From an archaeon (GTDB lineage Archaea > Undinarchaeota > Undinarchaeia > Undinarchaeales > JBDRKL01): a DNA stretch of 64,000 nucleotides. The notes below the pieces were generated by a model, which did no database searches, was not told where the DNA came from, and saw only the letters and a program-made list of their open reading frames with translations. This document shows positions 29,140 to 37,095 of the stretch, in pieces (the stretch's first letter is position 1; each line of letters starts with the position of its first letter). The translations under genes and the position numbers were made by a program. The stretch spans positions 17,751 through 81,750 of the forward strand of contig JBDRKL010000009.1 in assembly GCA_043814055.1 (NCBI GenBank), in the 5' to 3' direction.

Positions 29140-30021
29140 TTAGAACAGCTCTTCGCCGACTAGGCGGACATATGCCTCAAGGTACTTGTCGCTCGTGTTC
29201 TTCACAACTTCAGGGGGTAGTTTTGGCACAGGCGGCGCCTTGTTCCAGTTCTGACTTACTAGGTAATCGCGTACGTACTGCTTGTCAAAGCTCGGCTGGT
29301 CCGCGCCTGGCACATAATTATCAAACGGCCAGAAGCGCGAAGAGTCTGGTGTTAAAACTTCGTCAATGATTATGACTTCATTGCCGAATTTGCCGAACTC
29401 AAATTTGGTGTCCGCGAGAATTATGTTCTTTGTGAGCGCGTATTCAGCCGCCTTGTTGTAAATTGCGATTGACTTTTCCTGAAGCTCGTAAATCACGTCA
29501 CCAACTTGTTTTGCCGCTTCGTCAATGCTGGTATTAACATCGTGACCGCCAACCGCCGCCTTGGTTGAGGGAGTGAATATTGGCTGGGGCAACTGCTCTC
29601 CGTTCGTGAGGCCGCCAGGCAATTCCTGCCCGCAGACCTTGCCTGTTTTTTGGTATTCTTTCCAGCCAGAGCCAGCAAGATAGCCACGCACAATGCACTC
29701 AATCGGGAACGGCTTGGCCTTTTTTACTATAAGCGAGCGGTCCTGAAGCTCAATGTGCTGTCTCAACTCCTCTGGGAATTGCGCAAAGTCCCACTGAACC
29801 ACATGATTTGGAACTATGTCCTTGATGAGATCAAACCAGAATACTGAGAGCTTTGTTAGAACAACGCCCTTGTAGGGAATGCCATTTGGCAGTATGTGGT
29901 CAAACGCGGAAATCCTGTCAGTCGCTACCATCAGGTAGTTGTCGCCAAGGTCGTACATCTCGCGCACCTTGCCAGAGTTCACGTGCTTGAAAGGGAGGTT
30001 TAGTTTTGTTACAACATTCAT
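29140..30021 (-). CDS. purC: SAICAR synthase
   Basis: GKVRE, TDRISAFD, ADTKFEFG, DEVLTPDSSRFW. Confidence 0.97.
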   Translation of the reverse strand: MNVVTKLNLPFKHVNSGKVREMYDLGDNYLMVATDRISAFDHILPNGIPYKGVVLTKLSVFWFDLIKDIVPNHVVQWDFAQFPEELRQHIELQDRSLIVKKAKPFPIECIVRGYLAGSGWKEYQKTGKVCGQELPGGLTNGEQLPQPIFTPSTKAAVGGHDVNTSIDEAAKQVGDVIYELQEKSIAIYNKAAEYALTKNIILADTKFEFGKFGNEVIIIDEVLTPDSSRFWPFDNYVPGADQPSFDKQYVRDYLVSQNWNKAPPVPKLPPEVVKNTSDKYLEAYVRLVGEELF

Positions 30022-30022
30022 T

Positions 30023-31549
30023 TTAGTGCCTGAAAGCCCTCACCCCTGTGAAAGCCATTGCAATTCCGTGTTCGTCAGCAGCCTTTATTACCTCTTCGTC
30101 CCGAACTGAGCCGCCCGGCTGCACGATTGCGATTACTCCGCCCTTTGCAACCTCGTCAATCCCGTCGCGGAACGGGAAGAATCCGTCAGAGGCGAGAACC
30201 GCGCCCTTTGAAAGTTCACCCGCCTTCTTGGTCGCGAGCATTGAGGAATCCACGCGAGACATCTGCCCTGCGCCTACGCCGACTGTTTTTTTATCCTTAA
30301 CTAATAGAATTGCGTTTGACTTCACGTATTTTATCACATTGTACGCGAAGAGCATGTCCGCAATTTGCTCTTTTGTCGGCTTTTTCTTGGTGACAACCTT
30401 GAGGTCTTTCTCAGTTATAGTCGGGGTGTTGTTCTCGCGCACGAGTATGCCGCCGCCAACTGAAGTAATGAAATGCTCGCGGGTGCGCTCAAGCCCAGGA
30501 TCCTTCAGCCGGATGATTCGAATATTCTTTTTCCCCTTTAGGATTTCAAGCGCCTCTGGCTCAAAGTCAGGGGCATAAACAACTTCCATGAAGATTTCCG
30601 CAATCTGGTTCGCGACTTCAGCGCAGCAGGTCCTGTTAAGCCCGACAACGCCGCCGAAAGCTGAAACCGGGTCGCAGTCCAGCGCGTTCCTGAACGCGTC
30701 AACTATGTTCGTTGCTGATGCCACGCCGCATGGAGTGACGTGCTTGAGTATTATAGCTGTCGGCTCTGTGAAGTCGTGAGCCATTTCAATCGCAGTGTCT
30801 ATGTCTAATATATTATTATAGGAGAGCTCTTTGCCGTGGAGCTGCTCAGCATTGGGGAAGCACGCACCCTGCGGGTTCTTCTTCGCGTAGAACGCTGCGC
30901 CCTCGTGCGGGTTTTCGCCGTAGCGCAGGTTTTCCACTTTTGAATAGGAGCCCAGAAGCTGGGCTGGGAATTTTTCCTTCTCAAGGTAATTTGAAATCGC
31001 AACATCGTAATTCGCAGTGTGCTGGAACGCTTCTTTAGCAAGTTCGTATCTGAACCCGGAGTCAATTTTTCCTTTTTTAAGCTCTGCCAGGACCCTGCTG
31101 TATCTTGAAGGGTCAACCACCACAAGAACATTCTCGTGGTTCTTCGCTGCAGCGCGAATCATTGTGGGCCCGCCGATGTCAATGTTCTCTATTGCGTCCT
31201 CAAACGTGTGTTCGCCTGAGATTACACTTTCAAATGGATAGAGGTTAACAACAACAATGTCAATCGGCTCAATGCCGTGCTCTTTCATCTCCTTTATGTG
31301 GCCATTGTCATTTCTGTTTGCAAGTATGCCGCCGTGGATTTTCGGGTGCAGGGTCTTCATGCGACCGCCGAGCATATGCGGGTATTCTGTGAGCTCTGAA
31401 ACTTCTGTGACTGCGATTCCAGCTCCTTGTAGGTGCTTAGCTGTGCCGCTGGAGGAAATTATTTCATAGCCGAGCTCAGTGAGCCCTTTGCAAAATTCAG
31501 CAATGCCTTCCTTGTCATAAACGCTAATAAGCGCTAGTTTTTTTGCCAT
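30023..31549 (-). CDS. purH: Bifunctional AICAR transformylase/IMP cyclohydrolase
   Basis: ALISVYDK, KTLHPKIHGGIL, LRYGENPH, ASDGFFPF. Confidence 0.97.
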   Translation of the reverse strand: MAKKLALISVYDKEGIAEFCKGLTELGYEIISSSGTAKHLQGAGIAVTEVSELTEYPHMLGGRMKTLHPKIHGGILANRNDNGHIKEMKEHGIEPIDIVVVNLYPFESVISGEHTFEDAIENIDIGGPTMIRAAAKNHENVLVVVDPSRYSRVLAELKKGKIDSGFRYELAKEAFQHTANYDVAISNYLEKEKFPAQLLGSYSKVENLRYGENPHEGAAFYAKKNPQGACFPNAEQLHGKELSYNNILDIDTAIEMAHDFTEPTAIILKHVTPCGVASATNIVDAFRNALDCDPVSAFGGVVGLNRTCCAEVANQIAEIFMEVVYAPDFEPEALEILKGKKNIRIIRLKDPGLERTREHFITSVGGGILVRENNTPTITEKDLKVVTKKKPTKEQIADMLFAYNVIKYVKSNAILLVKDKKTVGVGAGQMSRVDSSMLATKKAGELSKGAVLASDGFFPFRDGIDEVAKGGVIAIVQPGGSVRDEEVIKAADEHGIAMAFTGVRAFRH

Positions 31550-31636
31550 TCTCTACCTCAGGTTCTGCTAAGCCGCGTGACTATTTAATTCTTGCGCCGC
31601 GCAACATTTATAACCCCTCTGCACTTACGATTTTTC

Positions 31637-32104
31637 ATGGTTGTACCAATAATTGAATTACTCGCAGGCGGCGAAGGAACTGTTGGGCTCATCAGGACTC
31701 TCGTACTGCTTTTAGTAGTTTTGATATCCATCCTCTCGCTTTACTTCTCGCGGCTCCAGGGCGCAAAGCTCAAACTAATTGACATTCGGGAGCAGGTCCC
31801 TCTGAGCGCGGCACACCACACAATCATATTCACGAACTATGGGAACAAGACTGGTGTTGTCATAGGTCCGAAAGTGATTGCAGGCGAGGATGCCGAGTGC
31901 GAGGACATCAACGCTGACAAAGACGTTCTTGCAATAGAGCCGCACAGCACGCTGGTCCGCAACGTGGAAGTTCACTCAGAAGTGGAGAAGAACTTTGACT
32001 ACCACATAGAATACACAACGCACAAGGGCAAAATCTTGAAGCTTCCGAAGAGCACCTATCTTGGTAGCTCAAAGGGCCTGGGCGACGCAGGCAGTAGTCA
32101 GTAA
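31637..32104 (+). CDS. Membrane-anchored hypothetical protein
   Basis: N-terminal TM helix followed by a beta-rich domain. Confidence 0.55.
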   Translation: MVVPIIELLAGGEGTVGLIRTLVLLLVVLISILSLYFSRLQGAKLKLIDIREQVPLSAAHHTIIFTNYGNKTGVVIGPKVIAGEDAECEDINADKDVLAIEPHSTLVRNVEVHSEVEKNFDYHIEYTTHKGKILKLPKSTYLGSSKGLGDAGSSQ

Positions 32105-32223
32105 AAGCTATAAAAACTATAGCTTACATAGTTTTGTTGCATCCTTTCCGAAAGGGGAAGGGATGCTGTTCAAAAGTTAATTTCGCAAAACGGTGACCAA
32201 AGGCAACCAGATTGCTTTTGTAA

Positions 32224-32257
32224 GGTGGCTTCGCGAACGCAGTGAGCGAATGCCGCC
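32224..32257 (+). repeat. Half copy (first hairpin) of the REP-like element, in the tRNA-Ser leader
   Basis: GGTGGC-TTCGC-N11-GCGAA-T-GCCGCC with the same bulged T as the other copies. Confidence 0.6.
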
Positions 32258-32284
32258 TAAAGTGTCAACTGCTTTTGCAGTTGT

Positions 32285-32373
32285 GTCGGGGTGGCACAAC
32301 CTGGTACTGCGTAGGGTTGCTAACCCTATTGGACGTAAGTCCTTCGCGAGTTCAAATCTCGTCCCCGACGCCA
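32285..32373 (+). tRNA. tRNA-Ser(GCT)
   Basis: Acceptor GTCGGGG/CCCCGAC; anticodon arm TAGGG-TTGCTAA-CCCTA; long variable arm; encoded CCA. Confidence 0.96.
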
Positions 32374-32380
32374 TACTCAC

Positions 32381-32920
32381 ATGAGCAATGACATAACAAT
32401 ACGTCAAATTAGAATTCAGGATGAGATTCCGCTCTTGAATTCCTTGTATTGGGGAGAATATGAAAAGGGAACATTGGGTGGTGTTTTGCCTCCAATGTCT
32501 GAGAAAGAGATAGTTGACAATAAGTACTATTTTATTCAGAAAAAAGAGCAAATAATAGGAGCTTTTGCATTTCTATCATTCCCAGCTCTTCCAATACAGT
32601 TTACTGACCAGCCACATTTTATGAGACTCATACTAAAAGAGGAGTTCCGAGGGAAAAAAATATTTAGAAAAGTGCATGAGCTTGCATTAATAGAAGCAAA
32701 AAAGCTTGGTTACACAGCAATATACACTAGAATAAATCCATCCAATAGCCAAATGTTGTGGGTAATACAAAAGTATGGATGGGAAAAAATTGCAGATGAT
32801 TCTGTAGATTCTTCACAACTTGACAAAAAGCAGATGTATAAACGTGTTTTGTCACTTATTTTAGAAAAATCTGGGAAAGAGCAAGTATACGAGGATATAA
32901 TTTTTAAGAAAGAATTATAA
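32381..32920 (+). CDS. GNAT-family acetyltransferase (AT-rich)
   Basis: LILKEEFRGKKIF (motif A), NPSN...KYGW (motif B). Confidence 0.8.
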   Translation: MSNDITIRQIRIQDEIPLLNSLYWGEYEKGTLGGVLPPMSEKEIVDNKYYFIQKKEQIIGAFAFLSFPALPIQFTDQPHFMRLILKEEFRGKKIFRKVHELALIEAKKLGYTAIYTRINPSNSQMLWVIQKYGWEKIADDSVDSSQLDKKQMYKRVLSLILEKSGKEQVYEDIIFKKEL

Positions 32921-32947
32921 GTATAGACAAATAGATATTACAATCTT

Positions 32948-33095
32948 GGGCCCGTGGTCTAGTGGCTATGACGTCTCCCTTACAACCCTTTTGCTTCGCA
33001 AAAGCGTTGACGGAAAAGAAACCGTCTTCGCGGCGATTGGAGCACGAGGGAAAGAACGGAGAAGTTCACAGGTTCGACTCCTGTTGGGCCCACCA
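32948..33095 (+). tRNA. tRNA-Val(TAC) with 72-nt intron (32985-33056)
   Basis: Acceptor GGGCCCG/TGGGCCC; anticodon stem TCTCC/GGAGA; intron at 37/38 in a relaxed BHB; encoded CCA. Confidence 0.9.
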
Positions 33096-33117
33096 ATCTT
33101 TATAGTGGCAAGAAACA

Positions 33118-33180
33118 TAGCCACTTCGCGACTTGATGGCGCGAATGTGGCTAGACCTACGTCCGCGGTCAGGCGGACGT
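33118..33180 (+). repeat. REP-like double-hairpin element, diverged copy 4
   Basis: TAGCCAC-TTCGCG..CGCGAA-T-GTGGCTA, CTAC linker, GTCCGC-GGTCAG-GCGGAC. Confidence 0.7.
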
Positions 33181-33204
33181 TTGAGTCCTGTTGGACCCAC
33201 TAAT
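33180..33204 (+). repeat. Degenerate duplicate of the tRNA-Val(TAC) 3' end (att-like)
   Basis: 21/25 nt identical to 33073-33097. Confidence 0.7.
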
Positions 33205-33210
33205 ACTCAA

Positions 33211-33531
33211 ATGACAAGAATACAGCACGAAGTAATCGGAGGGCAGGACTATCTCAAGATAGGCGATGATTATGCACTTGTGGTATTTGACCATAAAGAC
33301 CCACAAAGGATACTCGCTGAGCTGAGGACGCTACACGTTTTTGATGAGGGGCAGGGACACGGCAGAGCGCTCGTGGAAGCTGCAGTTGAATTTGCAGAAG
33401 GTAAACACGCGAAAGTTATATGGGGAACAATTGCGGCAATGCCTCAAAACCACCACGCCAAAGTAATTCGCATACTCACAGGATTAGGATTTAAAGTTGA
33501 GCCGGGTGGCGACTTCTCAAAGAATCTTTAG
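33211..33531 (+). CDS. Small GNAT-family acetyltransferase
   Basis: LHVFDEGQGHGRALV motif A; LGFK motif. Confidence 0.75.
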   Translation: MTRIQHEVIGGQDYLKIGDDYALVVFDHKDPQRILAELRTLHVFDEGQGHGRALVEAAVEFAEGKHAKVIWGTIAAMPQNHHAKVIRILTGLGFKVEPGGDFSKNL

Positions 33532-33710
33532 ACTACCAATCTTTTTATATAATCATTAGAGCATAGAATACTCGGCACGGGCTCGTCCGCAACCTTTTTC
33601 TATGCTCTGTTGAAGTGATTACTCTGGTTAAAAAAGCTTGACCAAAAACACAGTCCCGCGCCAAGAGCTTGATGCAGCGGGACTACCAGGCAAATTGAGC
33701 GCCACCATAC

Positions 33711-33720
33711 TTTTATATAA
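33711..33720 (+). promoter_or_regulatory. TATA box of the SRP RNA gene
   Basis: TTTTATATAA about 22-30 nt upstream of the RNA 5' end. Confidence 0.7.
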
Positions 33721-33741
33721 TTGGGAACAGAAGAATTACCC

Positions 33742-34015
33742 GGTACAGGCTAGGCCGGGAGAGTAGCAGTCTCCCTTTCTCAAATCTGCTTTAGGAGGGC
33801 TGAATGCCGGTGTGAGTTGCAGTATTGGGGGAGTCGTCTTGGGCTCTGGCGTCGAAGCCTCGTCCTGCGGGACTGACTGCCCTGCTAACCGGGTCAGATG
33901 GGGAACCAAGCAGCCCTACACAGGGCGCGTTGGTGCTCGCGGGTTCGCGGGGTGGAGCCTCTGCTCAAGGTCAGCGGCTTTCTTAGTATTGCAGCGAGCT
34001 CCGGATGCCTGTGCC
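33742..34015 (+). ncRNA. ffs: Archaeal SRP (7S) RNA
   Basis: Ends pair (GGTACAGGC/GCCTGTGCC); Alu-like CTAGGCCGGG start; helix 8 GGGTCAGATGG-GGAA-CCAAGCAGCCC. Confidence 0.9.
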
Positions 34016-34131
34016 ACAAACTTTTTATTGATTATATTTGTGAAAAAAGCTTGACCAAAAAACTCGCTTCAGCACACAGCGCTTACGCGCCGTGTGTCTC
34101 TACATGCTTCGCATGTAGACCGCTCGGCAGT

Positions 34132-35031
34132 TTAAATTTCTTCCAAAGTCGCACAATACTTGCAAATTTTAGCAGGAGTTCTTTCTCCGCACTCTGGGCA
34201 GTTGTTCAATTTGGGATTGTCAAACTTGCCCTCAAGCAATGGCATAAGATTGTTAACGCCCTTGAGAATCTGGAACTTTGTACCAGGGTGCGCTGCCTCT
34301 AATTCATTGAGCTTGTTCCTGATTGAGCAGCGCAGGGACTGCTGGACATATGGGCACTCGTCGTTGTGGAATGGAAAACCCTGCACGATTGTGTACAACC
34401 CAATTTCCTTTTCAGGCACTTCGCGTAGCGGCTTCACGCGCGGCACATAGCCCTTTTGAGTTGGAGTTTTTGCACCAATGCGGGACATTCTTGCGAAGTC
34501 CCCGCGGAAATAATTCATCACTGTGCTCTGCACTTCATCGTCCAAATTGTGCCCTGTTGCGACAACATCAGCTTTTAATTCTTTCGCCGCGTTGTTCATG
34601 ATTCGCCTGCGGATTACGCCGCAGTAGGTGCACGGAATTTTGTCGCCCTTCTTCGCAATCTGATCCATTGTCTTCCCGACTTCGTCCTTGAAATTGTAAA
34701 TCACTGCAGGCACGTCAAGCTCTTCAAAATTCTTAATCGCGATTTTGACACTTTCGTCACGGTAGCCCTTGATGCCCTCGTCAACCACAATGCCTGTGAG
34801 CCTGAGTGGCATTTGCTTTGCGAACTTGTGCATAAACCTGAGCAGTGTGACTGAGTCCTTGCCGCCGGAGATGCCCATCACAACGTGGTCGTTGCGTTTG
34901 AAAAGTTTGTTCTTGCTGATGTTCTTTCTGATTCTGTCATCGGTCAATTTGATAAAATGGTCTGTGCAGAGCTTGCGATTCATATAGCGCAGGTAGGCCA
35001 CGGCTTTCTTGGAACAGCGGTCGCATTTCAT
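34132..35031 (-). CDS. tRNA 2-thiolation protein (TtuA/Ncs6 family)
   Basis: N- and C-terminal zinc fingers, SGGKDS, CTYCGVIRR, TGHNLDDE, CPY. Confidence 0.93.
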   Translation of the reverse strand: MKCDRCSKKAVAYLRYMNRKLCTDHFIKLTDDRIRKNISKNKLFKRNDHVVMGISGGKDSVTLLRFMHKFAKQMPLRLTGIVVDEGIKGYRDESVKIAIKNFEELDVPAVIYNFKDEVGKTMDQIAKKGDKIPCTYCGVIRRRIMNNAAKELKADVVATGHNLDDEVQSTVMNYFRGDFARMSRIGAKTPTQKGYVPRVKPLREVPEKEIGLYTIVQGFPFHNDECPYVQQSLRCSIRNKLNELEAAHPGTKFQILKGVNNLMPLLEGKFDNPKLNNCPECGERTPAKICKYCATLEEI

Positions 35032-35090
35032 CTCGAAGCACCTCCGCTTTGAGATGAGCCCGGTCTCAAATTGCAAGGTCTGGGCCTCAT
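35028..35090 (-). promoter_or_regulatory. Bridging mini-ORF/hairpin cassette E (20 codons, diverged) between the SAMP and TtuA genes
   Basis: ATG 1 nt after the upstream stop; ATGA overlap with the TtuA start; ATCTCAAAGC-GGAGGT-GCTTCGAGAT stem encloses the RBS. Confidence 0.5.
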
Positions 35091-35091
35091 T

Positions 35092-35292
35092 CTATCCCCC
35101 GCTCACCACTCGAATCAACTCAACCTCGTCGCCTGATTTGAGCTTTTCAATTTCAATCGCTACTTCGCTGTTGCGCTTTACAACATAGGACTCCGAGCAC
35201 TCGCCGAGCTCGTTGAATAAGTCAAGAATTGTAGAGTTTGGCTTGAGCTCAACGGTCTTGGATTTGCCAGGGAGTTTGACGCGGATTTTCAT
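35092..35292 (-). CDS. Ubiquitin-like sulfur carrier (SAMP/MoaD/ThiS)
   Basis: 66 aa ending in VVSGG; adjacent to TtuA. Confidence 0.92.
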   Translation of the reverse strand: MKIRVKLPGKSKTVELKPNSTILDLFNELGECSESYVVKRNSEVAIEIEKLKSGDEVELIRVVSGG

Positions 35293-35972
35293 TTTGGCTT
35301 GCTGTTGAGACTAACAAATTTTGTAGCATACTGCTCTAATTGTGCCTCTGTAAGCCGATTAAACATGCGGTTATGATAACGACACAGTATATCGCGATTA
35401 ACTCCATAAATCTCGCTCAGCGTAATCTCCCCATCAAACCTCTTATAGGATCCTGCCTTTTTTAGGATGTCCTCCTCTGATACAAGACCATTCTTGCTCT
35501 TGCCAACAAGCTCCAGCCCAAGCTTGACAAAAAATAGGAGGGTCGCCCGTGTCCGTGCTATCACAGTCATAGTCAACAGCACCCTGTACAGTTTTCGTAT
35601 GCCCTGTTTGTCAATTGTGTCCAGCCTGTACATTTCAAATATTTCCTGCAGTTCAGGGGCAATTATTGTGTAATTGATGATTGCCTCGTAGAGGCCTGAC
35701 TCTACGTTGACCTCGTTGAAATTCACCTTTTTAAGGCGCGGAGCAACGTGATTAACAAAGAGCTCCATCTGGAAGAATATGAACTTCAATTGGTCAGAGG
35801 TGGGCTTAAAATTTTCCATTTTAATTAGGTCAGCCCCCTGGGCTAGATAAGCGTAAGAGAAACCACGCACAGGTGCTACCTGTGCATCATCGGATGTATC
35901 GCCTTTTGGCGCAGCACTGACATCTAATTCCTTCTTCAATTGCTCAAGTGCAGCTTGGTTATACACACCCAT
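35289..35972 (-). CDS. Hypothetical protein
   Basis: 227-aa ORF overlapping both neighbours; no motif recognised. Confidence 0.55.
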   Translation of the reverse strand: MGVYNQAALEQLKKELDVSAAPKGDTSDDAQVAPVRGFSYAYLAQGADLIKMENFKPTSDQLKFIFFQMELFVNHVAPRLKKVNFNEVNVESGLYEAIINYTIIAPELQEIFEMYRLDTIDKQGIRKLYRVLLTMTVIARTRATLLFFVKLGLELVGKSKNGLVSEEDILKKAGSYKRFDGEITLSEIYGVNRDILCRYHNRMFNRLTEAQLEQYATKFVSLNSKPK

Positions 35973-36468
35973 TTTTCTTCACCTCTTTTCCGTTTTCCTT
36001 GGGACTTATATGCTGTTTCGCGTTCTTAAACTTTGGCTTGGTTGAGATGTTTTCAAGCAGAACAGCGAGCGCGGCAATCTCTGAGTGCGGCTGGTTCGTA
36101 ACTCCGATGTTGTAATCAGCAATTTGGTAAACATCCGCGGGAACTTTCTGCCCGCCGACTATGATGAGCTTGTCTTTTGCGCTGAGCTTCCTGATCGTTT
36201 CTTCATACGGCAGACCATACATTGTCAGGTGGATTGTCTCGCCTTTGAAGTTCTTGATAAAGCTTGCGTAACCCTTGATGTGTTCAATTGTGAAAGGTCC
36301 GCCCCAGGACTCTACAATCTTCCGAACGCTCAGCTCAAGCTCAGAGTCCTTGTCTCCGGTGTAGTAAATCTTCTCAGCGCCGAAAGCTCGACCTACCAGA
36401 GCGCAGTGCGTTGAAACTCGCTTGTCGCGGGCTGTGCGGTGGCCTAAACGCAGTATTGAGATTGCCAT
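35959..36468 (-). CDS. trm56: tRNA (cytidine56-2'-O)-methyltransferase
   Basis: LRLGHR..RDKRVSTH, HLTMYG, VGGQKVP, NQPHSEIAAL. Confidence 0.96.
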   Translation of the reverse strand: MAISILRLGHRTARDKRVSTHCALVGRAFGAEKIYYTGDKDSELELSVRKIVESWGGPFTIEHIKGYASFIKNFKGETIHLTMYGLPYEETIRKLSAKDKLIIVGGQKVPADVYQIADYNIGVTNQPHSEIAALAVLLENISTKPKFKNAKQHISPKENGKEVKKNGCV

Positions 36469-36501
36469 GATAACACATATAAAAGAGGGCGCACACATAT
36501 A

Positions 36502-36927
36502 ATGATTGCTATGAAAAACAGCCACTTTGAACTTACGTTTATACCAAATAATAACTCAGCAATGGAATTGCTCGAGGTCAGCCTGAACGCGAACAACCTC
36601 AAGAAAGTAAAGGAAGGAACAGGCAAAAAGGACTCAATTTTTGAGGGCTTTGACTTTAAGAGGTATGAGGGCAAGGGGTTCAGCATACACCTGCTCTCCA
36701 GCAAAACTCGCAACGGGATAATGTTCAAGAGCGCGAGCGAAAAAGCAAAGGAAACCGGGCTTGAGGTTTACACCGAGCTCGTGAACTCAATCCGCGCGGA
36801 AATCGGAGCTGTGCCGTGGAACGAAATGGTCCGGATAGGTCCGAGCAACGTGGCGAGCGGGTTCAAGACCATGGGCGGCAAGGCTGCGCAACAACTGCCG
36901 GGTGGCTGGGCAACTGACTCGTTCTAA
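36502..36927 (+). CDS. Hypothetical protein
   Basis: 141-aa ORF with an upstream TATA-like ATATAAAA. Confidence 0.55.
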   Translation: MIAMKNSHFELTFIPNNNSAMELLEVSLNANNLKKVKEGTGKKDSIFEGFDFKRYEGKGFSIHLLSSKTRNGIMFKSASEKAKETGLEVYTELVNSIRAEIGAVPWNEMVRIGPSNVASGFKTMGGKAAQQLPGGWATDSF

Positions 36928-36993
36928 AGCCTGACCATCCCCGCAAAGTTTTAAAAGTTAAATTAGCTTAGCTTATAGCATAATCATAAATTT

Positions 36994-37094
36994 AGCCCCG
37001 TAGTGTAGCGGCCAAGCACTCCGGCCTTTGACCTGTGTTTGATAAAAACTCAGGAAGACAGCCGGTAACGGCAGTTCGAATCTGCCCGGGGCTA
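36994..37094 (+). tRNA. tRNA-Gln(TTG) with 28-nt intron (37032-37059)
   Basis: Acceptor AGCCCCG/CGGGGCT; anticodon stem CCGGC/GCCGG; BHB at 37/38. Confidence 0.93.
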
Positions 37095-37095
37095 C

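Noticed and set aside
32177-33203. ORFs 32177-32551, 32193-32384 and 32946-33203
   Set aside because: They overlap tRNA genes and are spurious.
33812-34302. ORFs 33812-34054 and 33898-34302
   Set aside because: They overlap SRP RNA and the antisense strand of ttuA.
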